Positions 37,739 through 48,040 are shown, numbered from the stretch's first letter. The stretch is DNA of 64,000 bases from Pseudomonadota bacterium (GCA_043798915.1 JAZDOG010000089.1:1-64000), one strand, 5' to 3'. Made by a program: numbers and translations. Notes: a model not told the origin generated them from the letters alone.

Positions 37739-40243
37739 TTAACTGACGCTCTGTTCTTCCTCCAGAGGAGAAGCCGACAGAGGCAGATAGAAGTAGAAGC
37801 GGCTCCCCTTTCCGGGAACGCTCGTGACGCCGATCGTTCCGCCGTGCAACTCCACCAGCTGTTTCGCAATCGGGAGCCCCAACCCCAGCCCCTTCTCGCC
37901 GGGACCGTATGTCCTGCCTATCTGATGGAACCTCTCAAACATCGACCGCTGTTCATCGGGAGAGATGCCGACGCCGGTGTCGGACACCGAGACCTCGATC
38001 CTTCCGGGCTTCTTTGCCACGGAGAGCGAAACCTCTCCGCCGCGCGGCGTGTAGCGGATGGCGTTGCCTAGCAGGTTCGAGACGACCTGGCCTATCATGT
38101 TCGGGTCGCAGTAGACATCGACGGGTTCCTTGGGGAGCGTCAAGGAAAACTCAAGCTCCTTGTGGGCGATGAGGTCCTTCATGGACTCGCAGGTTTTTTC
38201 AATCAGAGGGATGAAATCGACAAGGGATCGCTGCGGCGTCGCCCGGCCGGTGTCCAGCGCTGCGATGTCCAGGAGGTTGTCGATGACGCCCCCGAGGCGC
38301 CTGATATCGTCGCGGCACATCTCGAGATGGGTTTTGAGCTTGTCCGTGATGACGCCGGTCACGCCAGCCAGGGCGCCCGACACGACATTGCTGATTGCGG
38401 CCAGCGGCGTGCGGAGCTCATGTGAGACGTTGGCGATCAGCTCGTGTTTGGCCTGGTCGAGCTCCCGCTGGCGGGTGATGTCGCGCATCACGAGCATCGA
38501 GCCGATCCTCTCTCCGCCCTTTGCCGCCACCGGCAACGTTTCGACGCGTATGGCGTGCTTCACGACGGCGCCAACCATGACTTCGTAAGAGACGCGCTCC
38601 TGCAGCCCACCCTCCCCCTCCGATTTCGGAAGGTTCTCGAGGTTCAGCCCGAGGGCCTTCGACAGCATCATGACTTCGTTAGAGACGCGCTCCTGCAGCC
38701 CGCCCTCCTCTTCCGACTTAAGAAGGCTCTCGAGGTTCACCCCGAGGGCCTTCGACAGCATCATGGCTTCGTGAGAGACGCGCTCCTGCAGCTCACCGTC
38801 CCCCTCCGATTTCAGAAGGCACCCGAGGTTCAGCCCAAGGGCCTTCGACAGCATTCCGATGTCCACCTCCGTATCCCTGCCCAGATTCAGCATGCTGCGC
38901 GCCGCAGGGTTGATCAGCAGGATACTGTTCCCCTCAGAGAACATCACGAGACCGTCGGTCATCGAGAAAACTGCCGCGGTGGTCTTCTGCTTTTCCGCCT
39001 CCGCGACTGCGCGCGCCTTCTGGTTGTCGTCGAGGATGGAGAGGAGGGCCTTCTGATAGTCTTCGAGGTCGGCCGCGCGCGCCTGGAGTTTTTCCACGAG
39101 CGAGATGGTTTCGCGCATATCGCGCACCACCGCCACTACGCCGCGCAGTTCGCCGGAGAGGTCCACCATCGAGGCTGCTGACAAGTTGACGGGCATCGTT
39201 TCTCCGCCCTTGGCCCTGAAAGACGCCTCGACGTCGAAAATGTTCCCTCCCGCAAGGAGCCCTCGCCATCCCTCTTCCGAGAGCGGGCCGGATTTGCGAT
39301 CTGCGAGCAGAAGATCGACCGGCCTGCCGAGCAGCTCCTGTTGGGTGTAACCGAGCAGCTCCTCTGCTGCCCTGTTGACCGTATGGACCGACTTGGTCCG
39401 GTCGATGACGATCAGGGCCTCGTTCATGGAGCCGACGATGTTGTCCACATAATCCTTGGAAACGGTGGATTGCCTCAGCGCCATCGCCATGGAATTGAAC
39501 GCGACCGCCAGCTCGCCAATCTCGTCTTTGCTGGCGACCTTGAGGGTTATGTCGAGGTTGCCGGCGGCGATACGCTTCACCCCATCCTTCAGCGCGGCCA
39601 GCGGTTGCAGGATGCGCCGGCTGAGGAACAGGGCGATCGACACGGCAAGCAACAGGACGACGACCGCTATCGCTGCAGAGACCTTCAGATCGTCATTCTC
39701 CGCCGCCTGGATTCTGGCCCTTGTGTGAACGACCCGGGCAAACCCGATCTTTGTCGGCGGCGCCTTTTTCCCCTCCGGGGATTCCTCGGGCGCTTCAACT
39801 GCGCTCCCTTTTTCAGCGGGGATCAGCACCGGGGCATAAAAATCATCCGCGTCTTCAGTCGCAAAGCTTATTTGCCTCCCCATGAAAGGTTCTTGAGCGG
39901 TGGAAAATCTGGAAAGGGTCTCGTCGGTCAAAGGGAGTTCGACCACCCTGCGCGACATCTTTTTGATGACCTCTCCCTTGACTTCGTAGACGGCGGCAAA
40001 GATCGTCCCCTCATCCTTCATGATAACGGCAAGCGGCTCGTCGATGAGCTTCATATCGGACGCCTGCACACCGATCCCGGCGCTCTGCGCCAGCATGCTG
40101 ACCAGCACGGTGCCCCCTTCAAACTGTTGTTCGTTGAGAGCGCTGCTGATGTGGCTCGTGTGATAGGCAAAAAAGGATATCGTCAGAAGAGAGATGAGAG
40201 CGACGATGCTGAAGAGAATCTTGTTTGCCAGGCGCCTTCTCAT
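37739..40243 (-). CDS. membrane sensor histidine kinase (HAMP-PAS-PAS-HisKA-HATPase)
   Basis: Two transmembrane helices, DEIGELAVAFNSM, ANVSHELRTPL, NLLGNAIRY, DTGVGI, GLGLGL. Confidence 0.93.
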   Translation of the reverse strand: MRRRLANKILFSIVALISLLTISFFAYHTSHISSALNEQQFEGGTVLVSMLAQSAGIGVQASDMKLIDEPLAVIMKDEGTIFAAVYEVKGEVIKKMSRRVVELPLTDETLSRFSTAQEPFMGRQISFATEDADDFYAPVLIPAEKGSAVEAPEESPEGKKAPPTKIGFARVVHTRARIQAAENDDLKVSAAIAVVVLLLAVSIALFLSRRILQPLAALKDGVKRIAAGNLDITLKVASKDEIGELAVAFNSMAMALRQSTVSKDYVDNIVGSMNEALIVIDRTKSVHTVNRAAEELLGYTQQELLGRPVDLLLADRKSGPLSEEGWRGLLAGGNIFDVEASFRAKGGETMPVNLSAASMVDLSGELRGVVAVVRDMRETISLVEKLQARAADLEDYQKALLSILDDNQKARAVAEAEKQKTTAAVFSMTDGLVMFSEGNSILLINPAARSMLNLGRDTEVDIGMLSKALGLNLGCLLKSEGDGELQERVSHEAMMLSKALGVNLESLLKSEEEGGLQERVSNEVMMLSKALGLNLENLPKSEGEGGLQERVSYEVMVGAVVKHAIRVETLPVAAKGGERIGSMLVMRDITRQRELDQAKHELIANVSHELRTPLAAISNVVSGALAGVTGVITDKLKTHLEMCRDDIRRLGGVIDNLLDIAALDTGRATPQRSLVDFIPLIEKTCESMKDLIAHKELEFSLTLPKEPVDVYCDPNMIGQVVSNLLGNAIRYTPRGGEVSLSVAKKPGRIEVSVSDTGVGISPDEQRSMFERFHQIGRTYGPGEKGLGLGLPIAKQLVELHGGTIGVTSVPGKGSRFYFYLPLSASPLEEEQSVS
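38576..38854 (-). repeat. 3 x 93-bp in-frame tandem repeat inside the kinase
   Basis: MLSKALG(L/V)NL...KSE..G.LQERVS.E.M three times; units 38576-38668, 38669-38761, 38762-38854. Confidence 0.95.
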
Positions 40244-40268
40244 CTATCTGTATCCCCCTGCTTTTTCT

Positions 40269-40535
40269 CTATTTCCCTGCCTTGCCACCCTCTTCGCCAG
40301 GCATCGGCATCCCCATTCCAGGCATGGGCCGCATGCAGTGACCCCTGTAGTACTGTGCACACATGACCACCTGGCCGATGAGCAGGAGCGCGGAGACGAG
40401 GATCGCAACCCATGCGATGAACTTGGCGAACTTCTGGCAGCAGATGCCCGCCTTGCCCTCGACCCATATGAGCAATGCCGTCGATGCGACGAGCGCCAGA
40501 ACAGCTAATGCAGCACCACTGTGTCCGTAACCCAT
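40269..40535 (-). CDS. small membrane protein (two helices) with a Cys/His/Met-rich tail
   Basis: MGYGHSG...GICCQK...VMCAQYYRGHCMRPMPGMGMPMPG; SD AGGGGG. Confidence 0.6.
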   Translation of the reverse strand: MGYGHSGAALAVLALVASTALLIWVEGKAGICCQKFAKFIAWVAILVSALLLIGQVVMCAQYYRGHCMRPMPGMGMPMPGEEGGKAGK

Positions 40536-40771
40536 GGTTCCCCCTTGGAAAGTGTACGTCATTTTGGCAGCTGATCTTGTAACATACAAAACCAGCGGCG
40601 GCAATCGCCGGATTTCACCCTGTCGATGAGGGGGCCCGCTGTTGCCTGGCAGCCCGGCGGGCTTCCTTCTTCTGTTGTTCGATGCGGGCGCGCTCCTCGG
40701 CGGACATCACTGTTTGGGGAGCAATCCTGTCGAACCGGTCCCTGCCCCTTATGCGACCTTTGCAATTGCAT

Positions 40772-40806
40772 GGGATTGCCGCGTCGCTTCGCTCCTCGCA
40801 ATGACA
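40772..40806. repeat. REP-like palindrome (GTCATTGCGAGGAGCGAAGCGACGCGGCAATCC type)
   Basis: gattgc-cgcgtcgcttcgctcctc-gcaatgac hairpin. Confidence 0.7.
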
Positions 40807-40959
40807 TCAGATGACTTCGGAAACAGCCTCTGAAGGGGAGAGGAAAATGAGCGTGTGTCCTCTATTGTCATTTCTTTTATCGGGTGCTAGGGTTTCGGCT
40901 CTTTTGGTCGAGGGTTGCAACATATTGAAATAACTAGCAAAGAGGAGCACGGGGGCCGC

Positions 40960-43554
40960 ATGAAGGCACATGAAATCCGGGAGGCATTTCTCTCCTATTT
41001 TGAAAAAAACGGCCACACGCGCGTGAGGAGCAGCTCGCTCGTTCCCGCAAACGATTCCACCCTCTTCTTCACGAACGCGGGCATGGTCCAGTTCAAGGAG
41101 ACCTTCATCGGCGAGGAGAATCGTCCGTATAACCGCGCCTGCTCGTCGCAGAAGTGCATGCGCGTCTCCGGCAAGCACAACGACCTGGAAAACGTCGGCC
41201 ACACTCCGCGACATCACACGTTTTTCGAGATGCTCGGCAACTTCAGCTTCGGCGATTATTTCAAGAAAGAGGCGATCGCCTTCGGCTGGGAGTTCCTGAC
41301 CAAAGAGATGAAGCTCGATCCGAAGAGGATGTGCGTCACGGTCTTCCGCGAGGACGACGAGGCGGAAAAGCTCTGGCTCGCGCACGTGCCGAAGGAAAAG
41401 ATATTCCGGCTGGATGAGAAGGACAACTTCTGGTCTATGGGCGACACGGGGCCCTGCGGCCCCTGCTCCGAGATCGCATGGGACTTTGGCTCCGGGGCAG
41501 TGAAGAAGGAGGACCTCGAATCAGATCGCTTCATGGAGATATGGAACCTGGTCTTCATGCAGTACAACCGCAGTGCAGACGGCACGATGACGAATCTCAA
41601 GGCGCCGTCGATCGACACCGGCATGGGGCTCGAGAGGCTCTCCGCGATCATGCAGGGCGTGAAATCGAACTGGGAGACCGACCTCTTTATCCCGATCATC
41701 GACGGCGTGTCAAAGATCACAGGCGTGAAGGCCGGCCAATCCCCGGAAGTGGATATCGCGCTCAGGGCCATCGCGGATCACATCCGCGGCTGCGTCTTCC
41801 TGATGGGCGATGGTGTGATGCCTTCCAACGAGGGGCGCGGATACGTTCTGCGCAGGATCATGCGGCGCGCCATCCGCTACGGCAAACGCCTCGGCAGAGA
41901 CGAGCCGTTCCTCGCCGGGCTTGTGCCGACCGTCGTTGAGGAGATGGGCAGAGCGTATCCTGAAATTGCGACGCACGAGCGCTTCATCACGAAGGCCGTC
42001 TCGGCGGAGGAAGAGCGCTTCTACGCCACACTCGACCGCGGCCTCGAGCTCCTGGAGCAGGAGATGAAACGCGCAGGGGCGAAGAAAATGATCGCAGGGG
42101 ATATCGCCTTCAAACTCTATGACACCTTCGGATTTCCACTCGATGTGACGCAGATCATCGCCGCAGAAAAGAACTTCTCCGTCGATGAGGCCGGCTTCGC
42201 CGCCCTCATGGAGAAGCAGCGCGAGCGGGCGCGCGCCAGCTGGAAGGGATCGGGCGAGGAATCCGTCGCGTCGATCTACAAAGAGCTGGCGGCAAATGGC
42301 ATCAAGACGAAATTCGTGGGCTACACAGAGGAGAGCTCGGAGGCGAAAGTCCTGGCGATCATCAAGGATGGCAAGCGCGCCAGGGACGCCGATCAGGGGG
42401 AAGAGATCAGCTTCGTCGCCGACGCCACGCCTTTCTATGGCGAATCCGGCGGGCAGACGGGGGACACCGGCCTCGCGGCAGCGGAAGGGCTGGAGGTCGA
42501 GATCACCGATACCAGGCGCCCCATGTCCGACATCATCGTCCACACAGGCAAGGTGAAGACCGGAAGACTCGCCGAGGGCGCAACAATCACGCTCGCCATA
42601 GACATGGAACGCCGCCAGCAGACGCGCTGCAACCACACGGCCGCGCACCTTCTGCACAAGGCGCTGCGCGAAGTGCTGGGAGAACATGTGAAACAGGCCG
42701 GGTCGCTGGTCGATCCCAGGCATCTGCGCTTCGATTTCTCACACTTCCAGGCGATGACAGATGAAGAGCTTCGCGAAGTCGAGCACCACGTGAACGACGC
42801 GATACGCAGGAATTATCCTGTCACGACATACGAACTCGCCTACGACGAGGCTGTCGGAAAAGGCGCACTAGCCTTCTTTGGCGAAAAATACGGCGAGCGG
42901 GTGAGGATGATCGACGTCTCCGGATTCTCCCGCGAGCTGTGCGGCGGGACGCACGTCTCGGCCACCGGCGAGATAGGTATGATGAAGATCGTCGCGGAGT
43001 CCTCCGTCGCCGCGGGCGTGAGGAGGATCGAAGCGGTGACCGGCGTCGGCGCGGGAAAATACATCGAAGAGCTGGAGGGCAGGATTGCGGAGGTCGGCCG
43101 GATCGTCAGGGCGGCCCCTTCCGAGATCGCCGACAGGACGAGGAGGCTCGCGGATGAAGTCGCGCGGCTGGAGCGCGAGCTGAAGAAAGCTCGAAGCAAT
43201 GCCGGCGGCGCCGTCAATCTCATGGGCGAGGTCCGCGATATCGGAGGGATCAAGGTGATAACGGCGAAGGTCGATGCCCCGGATCGTGACACGCTTGGGG
43301 CATGGGCCGAGAAGTACCGCGACAAGCTCGGCAAAGGGGTCGTCGCACTGGCAAGCGTCATCGACGGCAAGGTCGCGCTCGTCGCGGCGGTCTCGAAGAA
43401 TTTGACGCCGAAGGTCCACGCGGGGAAGATCGTGCAGGCGCTGTCGGAAGCGATCGGGGGCAAGGGCGGCGGCCGCCCGGATTTCGCTCAAGGCGGCGGC
43501 GCGGATATCGCGAAGATCGAAGAGGCGCTGAAGAAAATCGATGATCTGATATAG
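40960..43554 (+). CDS. alaS: alanine--tRNA ligase
   Basis: FTNAGMVQFK, HHTFFEMLGNFSFGDYFK, GPCGPCSE, DTGMGLER, NHTAAHLL, ELCGGTHV, GKGGGRPDFAQGG. Confidence 0.98.
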   Translation: MKAHEIREAFLSYFEKNGHTRVRSSSLVPANDSTLFFTNAGMVQFKETFIGEENRPYNRACSSQKCMRVSGKHNDLENVGHTPRHHTFFEMLGNFSFGDYFKKEAIAFGWEFLTKEMKLDPKRMCVTVFREDDEAEKLWLAHVPKEKIFRLDEKDNFWSMGDTGPCGPCSEIAWDFGSGAVKKEDLESDRFMEIWNLVFMQYNRSADGTMTNLKAPSIDTGMGLERLSAIMQGVKSNWETDLFIPIIDGVSKITGVKAGQSPEVDIALRAIADHIRGCVFLMGDGVMPSNEGRGYVLRRIMRRAIRYGKRLGRDEPFLAGLVPTVVEEMGRAYPEIATHERFITKAVSAEEERFYATLDRGLELLEQEMKRAGAKKMIAGDIAFKLYDTFGFPLDVTQIIAAEKNFSVDEAGFAALMEKQRERARASWKGSGEESVASIYKELAANGIKTKFVGYTEESSEAKVLAIIKDGKRARDADQGEEISFVADATPFYGESGGQTGDTGLAAAEGLEVEITDTRRPMSDIIVHTGKVKTGRLAEGATITLAIDMERRQQTRCNHTAAHLLHKALREVLGEHVKQAGSLVDPRHLRFDFSHFQAMTDEELREVEHHVNDAIRRNYPVTTYELAYDEAVGKGALAFFGEKYGERVRMIDVSGFSRELCGGTHVSATGEIGMMKIVAESSVAAGVRRIEAVTGVGAGKYIEELEGRIAEVGRIVRAAPSEIADRTRRLADEVARLERELKKARSNAGGAVNLMGEVRDIGGIKVITAKVDAPDRDTLGAWAEKYRDKLGKGVVALASVIDGKVALVAAVSKNLTPKVHAGKIVQALSEAIGGKGGGRPDFAQGGGADIAKIEEALKKIDDLI

Positions 43555-43568
43555 AGGAGAATACGGAT

Positions 43569-44126
43569 ATGGTTCAGGCAAACAGGCTGAGATCGGGTTC
43601 GGTCATAATGTACAAGGGCGATCTCTGCCGCGTCCTCTCCGTCACGCACCTGACGCCGGGCAACCTGCGCGCGATGGTCCAGGCCAAGGTGCGCAACATA
43701 AAGAGCGGCGTGCAGTTCGAGCAGCGCTTCCGCGCCACGGAGGACGTCGAGGCGGCATTCCTGGAGAAGCACTATATGGAATATCTCTACGACGACGGCA
43801 GCCGCTATCATCTCATGAACTGCGAGACATATGAGCAGATCGAGATGGACCGCGACATGATGGGCGACGCGATCCACTATCTCCTTCCCAACACGAAGGT
43901 CGAGGTGACCTTCTACGAGGGCCAGCCGATCGGCGTGGAGCTCCCCTCCACCGTCGACCTCAAGGTGATCGAGGCGGAACCATCCGTCAAAAAGCAGACC
44001 GCGTCCTCCTCGTACAAGAAGTGCACGGTCGAAACGGGCATGGTCGTCATGGTCCCGCCTTTCGTCGAGGCCGGGGACAAGATAAGGATCAGCACGGAGA
44101 CAGGGGAGTATCTCGAAAGGGCCTGA
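43569..44126 (+). CDS. efp: elongation factor P
   Basis: HLTPGNLRAMVQ loop (PGN variant), YLYDDG, VPPFV, TETGEYLERA. Confidence 0.95.
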   Translation: MVQANRLRSGSVIMYKGDLCRVLSVTHLTPGNLRAMVQAKVRNIKSGVQFEQRFRATEDVEAAFLEKHYMEYLYDDGSRYHLMNCETYEQIEMDRDMMGDAIHYLLPNTKVEVTFYEGQPIGVELPSTVDLKVIEAEPSVKKQTASSSYKKCTVETGMVVMVPPFVEAGDKIRISTETGEYLERA

Positions 44127-44133
44127 CCTTCAC

Positions 44134-46554
44134 ATGCGATACACCAAAATAATATATTCACTCGCCATCCCGATCGTCCTCGCCTCGCTCGTCCTCTTTG
44201 CGGTCAGCATCCACTTCGTGGCCAAGCTCTCCGTCAAGAGCAACTTCAAGGAGATGCTGCCGCAGCACGCGCCAAGCGTCATTGAGCTGGGCCGCATCGA
44301 GAAGCGGGTGCGCAGCACCGACAACCTGATTATCCTCGTGGGCAACTCCGACTGGCCCACGATCCGCGCCTTCGTCGACAACCTGGTGGAAAAAATCCGC
44401 ACCGATTTCAAGGGCGACGTCGGCAGGATCGAATACGACGTGACGAAGGTGAAGAATTACTACGACCACAACAAATACCTTTACATCGACCTGGAGGATT
44501 TGAAGGAGCTCTACACGAGGCTCAAGACCCGGATCGACTGGGAGAAACTCAAGAAGACGCCGCTCTTCGTCCAGATAGACGAGGAGGAGCCGACCTTTGA
44601 CAGCAAGGACATCGAGAACAAGTACAGTTCGAAGACCGGCCGTTACCAGAACTATCAGGATGGATACTTCACGGACCAGGCCGCCGACCTCGCCGCAATC
44701 ATCGTCTGGCCCAGGGAGCCCGCGACCAACGTCGAGTTCTCGAAGAAATTCATCGAGCGCATGAGCGAGACCATCAAAGCCACGCCCGGTTACGGGCCGG
44801 ATATAAAATTCGCTTTTGCCGGCCGCATCCAGAAGATGATCACCGAGTACAGCGCGATCATAGGCGACATACTCACGACGACGCTCCTGTGTTTCGTCCT
44901 GGTGGGCGCGGTCGTCTTCTTCTATTACAAAAGGGTGCGCATGTGCATCCTGATGCTCATCAACGTGGCCCAAGGTGTGCTCATGGCGCTGGCGTTCGCC
45001 TATTTCGCCATCGGGCACCTTACAAGCCAGACCGCATTCCTCGGATCGATCATCGTCGGAAACGGCATCAACTTCAGCCTGATCCTCATGGCGCGGTACC
45101 TCGAGGAACGCCGGGGCGGTTCTCCGGTGCAGGGCGCCCTCTCGGTCGCGCTGGCCCGGACGTGGAAGCCGACCTTCGTAGCGGCGATCGTCACAAGCGC
45201 GTCGTTCGGGGCACTCGTCGTCACCCACGTGCGGGGGATCAGCCAGTTCGGCGTGATAGGCGGCATAGGCATGATCCTCTGCTGGATATGCACCTACACG
45301 GTGCTGCCGGCCTGGCTCTGCGTCTTCGAAAGGGTATGGGAGACGAAGGTCCCGCCGCACACGACATCGACCGCGATGGAGAGATTCGCCGCCTTCATCG
45401 TCGCCAGGCCCTGGAAGATATTGAAAGTGACGGCGGCCCTGACTGTCGCATGTGCCGCGCTCATCGCCTGGTATATGCCGAGATCGCTCGAATACGATTT
45501 CTCCCGCCTCTCCTTCAAGGCCCCGAAGGCCACGAACAGCTGGGAGGAGAAGGCGGGCGACAAGATGGACGAAATATTCGGGCAGTCCACCTCCCCTTCC
45601 GTCGTCGTGCTGGACAGGACCGATCAGGGGATGTCCTACTGCGACGCGGTCCTGGCGAAGGATCCCGGAAAAAAATACGTCGAGAGCTGCAAGACGATCT
45701 TCTCCTTCGTCCCGACAGAGCAGCAGGAAAAGCTCTCTATCCTGGCGGATATGCGCAATCTCCTCTCCGGCTCGACGCTCAAGTTCTTGAACGAGGAGCA
45801 GCTCAAGGAGGTCAACAAGTTCAGGGATAGCTTCGACCTCAGAGAGCTCACGCTCGCGGATGTCCCGCGCGAGATAATCGAGTCGTTCGCCGACATCGAC
45901 GGCAAGGAAGGCATCCTGGCTTTCGTCTATCCCAAGGCCGATCTGTGGAACGGCAAGGAGCTGGAAATATTCGCCGACATAATCCGCGAGGTGAAACTCC
46001 CCAATGGCGAGGTCGTCCGCGCATCCGGCCAGCCGGTGATACTCTCCGATCTGCTCAATGCGGTGGTGAAGGAGGGGCCAAGGGTCACGCTCCTCTCCTT
46101 CTGCCTTGTCCTCGCCCTCATATGGGCCAGCTTTCTGCGCTGGAAGTCTGTCTCGACGATCCAGATGTCCCTCATCACGGGCGTCGTCTGGCTCGTGGGC
46201 TGCATGGCGATCATGGGGATCAAGCTCAACTTCTTGAACTTCGTCGCGCTCCCCATCACCTTCGGCATCGGCGTGGATTATGCGGTCAACATCTACCAGC
46301 GCTACAGGGTCGATGGGCCCGGGAGCATCTCGCAGGTCATCGGCAGGACCGGCGGCGCGGTGATCCTCTGTTCGCTCACGACGATCATCGGCTACTCCGT
46401 TCTCCTGATGTCCCGCAGCCGCGCACTCGTTTCCTTCGGCATGGTGGCCCTCCTGGGCGAGGTCACCTGTCTCAGCGCAGCGCTCATCTCTCTGCCAGCC
46501 TTCATCATATGGCGGGAGAAAAGGGAGGCCGCGAAGCAAAAGTGGAACCCCTGA
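44134..46554 (+). CDS. MMPL/RND-superfamily transporter
   Basis: Two repeats of transmembrane helix + periplasmic domain + five helices; IIVGNGINF and ITFGIGVDYA motifs. Confidence 0.88.
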   Translation: MRYTKIIYSLAIPIVLASLVLFAVSIHFVAKLSVKSNFKEMLPQHAPSVIELGRIEKRVRSTDNLIILVGNSDWPTIRAFVDNLVEKIRTDFKGDVGRIEYDVTKVKNYYDHNKYLYIDLEDLKELYTRLKTRIDWEKLKKTPLFVQIDEEEPTFDSKDIENKYSSKTGRYQNYQDGYFTDQAADLAAIIVWPREPATNVEFSKKFIERMSETIKATPGYGPDIKFAFAGRIQKMITEYSAIIGDILTTTLLCFVLVGAVVFFYYKRVRMCILMLINVAQGVLMALAFAYFAIGHLTSQTAFLGSIIVGNGINFSLILMARYLEERRGGSPVQGALSVALARTWKPTFVAAIVTSASFGALVVTHVRGISQFGVIGGIGMILCWICTYTVLPAWLCVFERVWETKVPPHTTSTAMERFAAFIVARPWKILKVTAALTVACAALIAWYMPRSLEYDFSRLSFKAPKATNSWEEKAGDKMDEIFGQSTSPSVVVLDRTDQGMSYCDAVLAKDPGKKYVESCKTIFSFVPTEQQEKLSILADMRNLLSGSTLKFLNEEQLKEVNKFRDSFDLRELTLADVPREIIESFADIDGKEGILAFVYPKADLWNGKELEIFADIIREVKLPNGEVVRASGQPVILSDLLNAVVKEGPRVTLLSFCLVLALIWASFLRWKSVSTIQMSLITGVVWLVGCMAIMGIKLNFLNFVALPITFGIGVDYAVNIYQRYRVDGPGSISQVIGRTGGAVILCSLTTIIGYSVLLMSRSRALVSFGMVALLGEVTCLSAALISLPAFIIWREKREAAKQKWNP

Positions 46555-46699
46555 CCTTCGTCCTGCTTTCTCTCGCCGGCCTCGCGGCGGGTCTCTCGGC
46601 AGCCATTACGCGATGAAACACGGCGCCGCGCTCATCCATAAGCTCGTCTTCGTCTCGCTTGGACTCTTGTTCGCTTATCTTGTGTGGAAGTATTATTGA
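46542..46699 (+). pseudogene. internally deleted TauE/SafE (TSUP)-like transporter remnant
   Basis: MEPLTFVLLSLAGLAAG joined out of frame to LGSHYAMKHGAALIHKLVFVSLGLLFAYLVWKYY*. Confidence 0.5.
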
Positions 46700-47940
46700 C
46701 CGCTCAGAATACGGTAGGTTATTGCAACGACTCCAATGATCGAGAGGATGAGGAGCGTTCCATAAAAAGCTGCGGTGACCCACTTGAATCTGCCTGGCCG
46801 TTTGAGATTGCCCCATCGCCACCACGGGATGAACTGATAAGGGAGATCATCGGCCGGGCCGTCGTCGCCAAAACCGCCGTGCCTGGCCCTCAAGCCCTTC
46901 GCCTTCTGGCTCAAGTGCGCCGCAAGCGGCAGCCCCAGCGCCTCGGCCGCCATCGCCTCCGCTCGACCGCCCACGAACTTGCCCTGCATCGGGAGCATCG
47001 CCGCGGCGAACCGGCGCCCGCGCGAGACGGCCAGAGCGAGATACATCAGCTCCTCGCCCGAAAGTTTTCCCAGCATGCCTTTGTCGAATGCGTCACCCGG
47101 CAACAGCCCTTTGAGCTTCGCCAGCGCCTCAGCGAGAATTGAAAAGCGGACAAACTTCTCGGCGCGCCCGTTCTCAAGCCGCATGTCGCTTATGACTATC
47201 CCTTTTTCGCCCTTGGATATGAGGCCGCGGAGGAGAAAATCGCGGATGTCGGAGAGCAGCACTTTCTTCTGCACAGTGCGGTCAAAAAACATCTTGAAGA
47301 ATTCGCGCCACTGGGCCGCGCTCTTCTCGAGAAATTTGGGTTTTCCGTCGGGGCTCTCGCTGGCTACCTGCCTGCCGCCCTCGAAGCGCTCGAGGACCAT
47401 CCGCTCGAACGCGGACATCATCCTCTCGACCCGCTCGCCGGCCGCCTCCGCATCGAGGCCTCCCCTTCCCGCGCCGCGATCGCCAAGATAGTTCTCATAG
47501 GTGCGCTCGCGATGTTTTATCAGCCGCCCGTCCTTGAGATGCATCTCACCTGCCGCATCTCGCCCCTTCCCGTCCGTCTTTTTGTCGTCCGCACCCTTCT
47601 TCGCGGCCTCGCGCTGCGCTTCCTGCGGCTTGCCATGCTCCGGTCCCTCGCGGCGGTCGGACACGACGCGGTCGGTCCCAGGCAGTCGGAACTGTTGGAA
47701 GGCCGTGCTGGCATCCAGCTTCTTCGCCACCGCCTGCAGAAACTGCGGGAGCTGTTTGGCAACTTCGAATGGCTGCTGCTTGAAGGCCTCAGCCACCTGC
47801 TGCTCCGCCTCCTGGATCTGCATCTGACCCTGCTCCACGAGCTGGGTGATCTGCGCGACGCGCTCGCCGGGGTCAAACGGAGCCGTTACAGATTTTACCG
47901 ACCCATCAGGCGGCTGATCTGGAAATCCTCCTGCAAACAT
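46693..47940 (-). CDS. hypothetical protein with a C-terminal membrane anchor
   Basis: 415 aa, SD GGAGG, Gln-rich N-terminal helix, single hydrophobic helix at the C-terminus. Confidence 0.75.
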   Translation of the reverse strand: MFAGGFPDQPPDGSVKSVTAPFDPGERVAQITQLVEQGQMQIQEAEQQVAEAFKQQPFEVAKQLPQFLQAVAKKLDASTAFQQFRLPGTDRVVSDRREGPEHGKPQEAQREAAKKGADDKKTDGKGRDAAGEMHLKDGRLIKHRERTYENYLGDRGAGRGGLDAEAAGERVERMMSAFERMVLERFEGGRQVASESPDGKPKFLEKSAAQWREFFKMFFDRTVQKKVLLSDIRDFLLRGLISKGEKGIVISDMRLENGRAEKFVRFSILAEALAKLKGLLPGDAFDKGMLGKLSGEELMYLALAVSRGRRFAAAMLPMQGKFVGGRAEAMAAEALGLPLAAHLSQKAKGLRARHGGFGDDGPADDLPYQFIPWWRWGNLKRPGRFKWVTAAFYGTLLILSIIGVVAITYRILSGQ

Positions 47941-48040
47941 TCCGATTTTCCTCCAAATTTATTTTTTGATTATAAACTTTTACGAAAAAAGGACAACAAC
48001 TTACAAACCGCTTCGACGGAAGACGCCAGCCCCTTCCCTA

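Noticed and set aside
40590..40770. Possible tmRNA or riboswitch (minus strand ggggcagggaccggttcgacagg, gggtgaaatcc)
   Set aside because: No tmRNA 3' T-arm/CCA end and no complete riboswitch core; the stretch reads better as a coding remnant.
44158..46539. Long antisense ORFs (for example 793 aa here, 24240-25832, 56711-58138, 60837-62264)
   Set aside because: Shadows of GC-rich genes on the opposite strand; no recognisable motifs.
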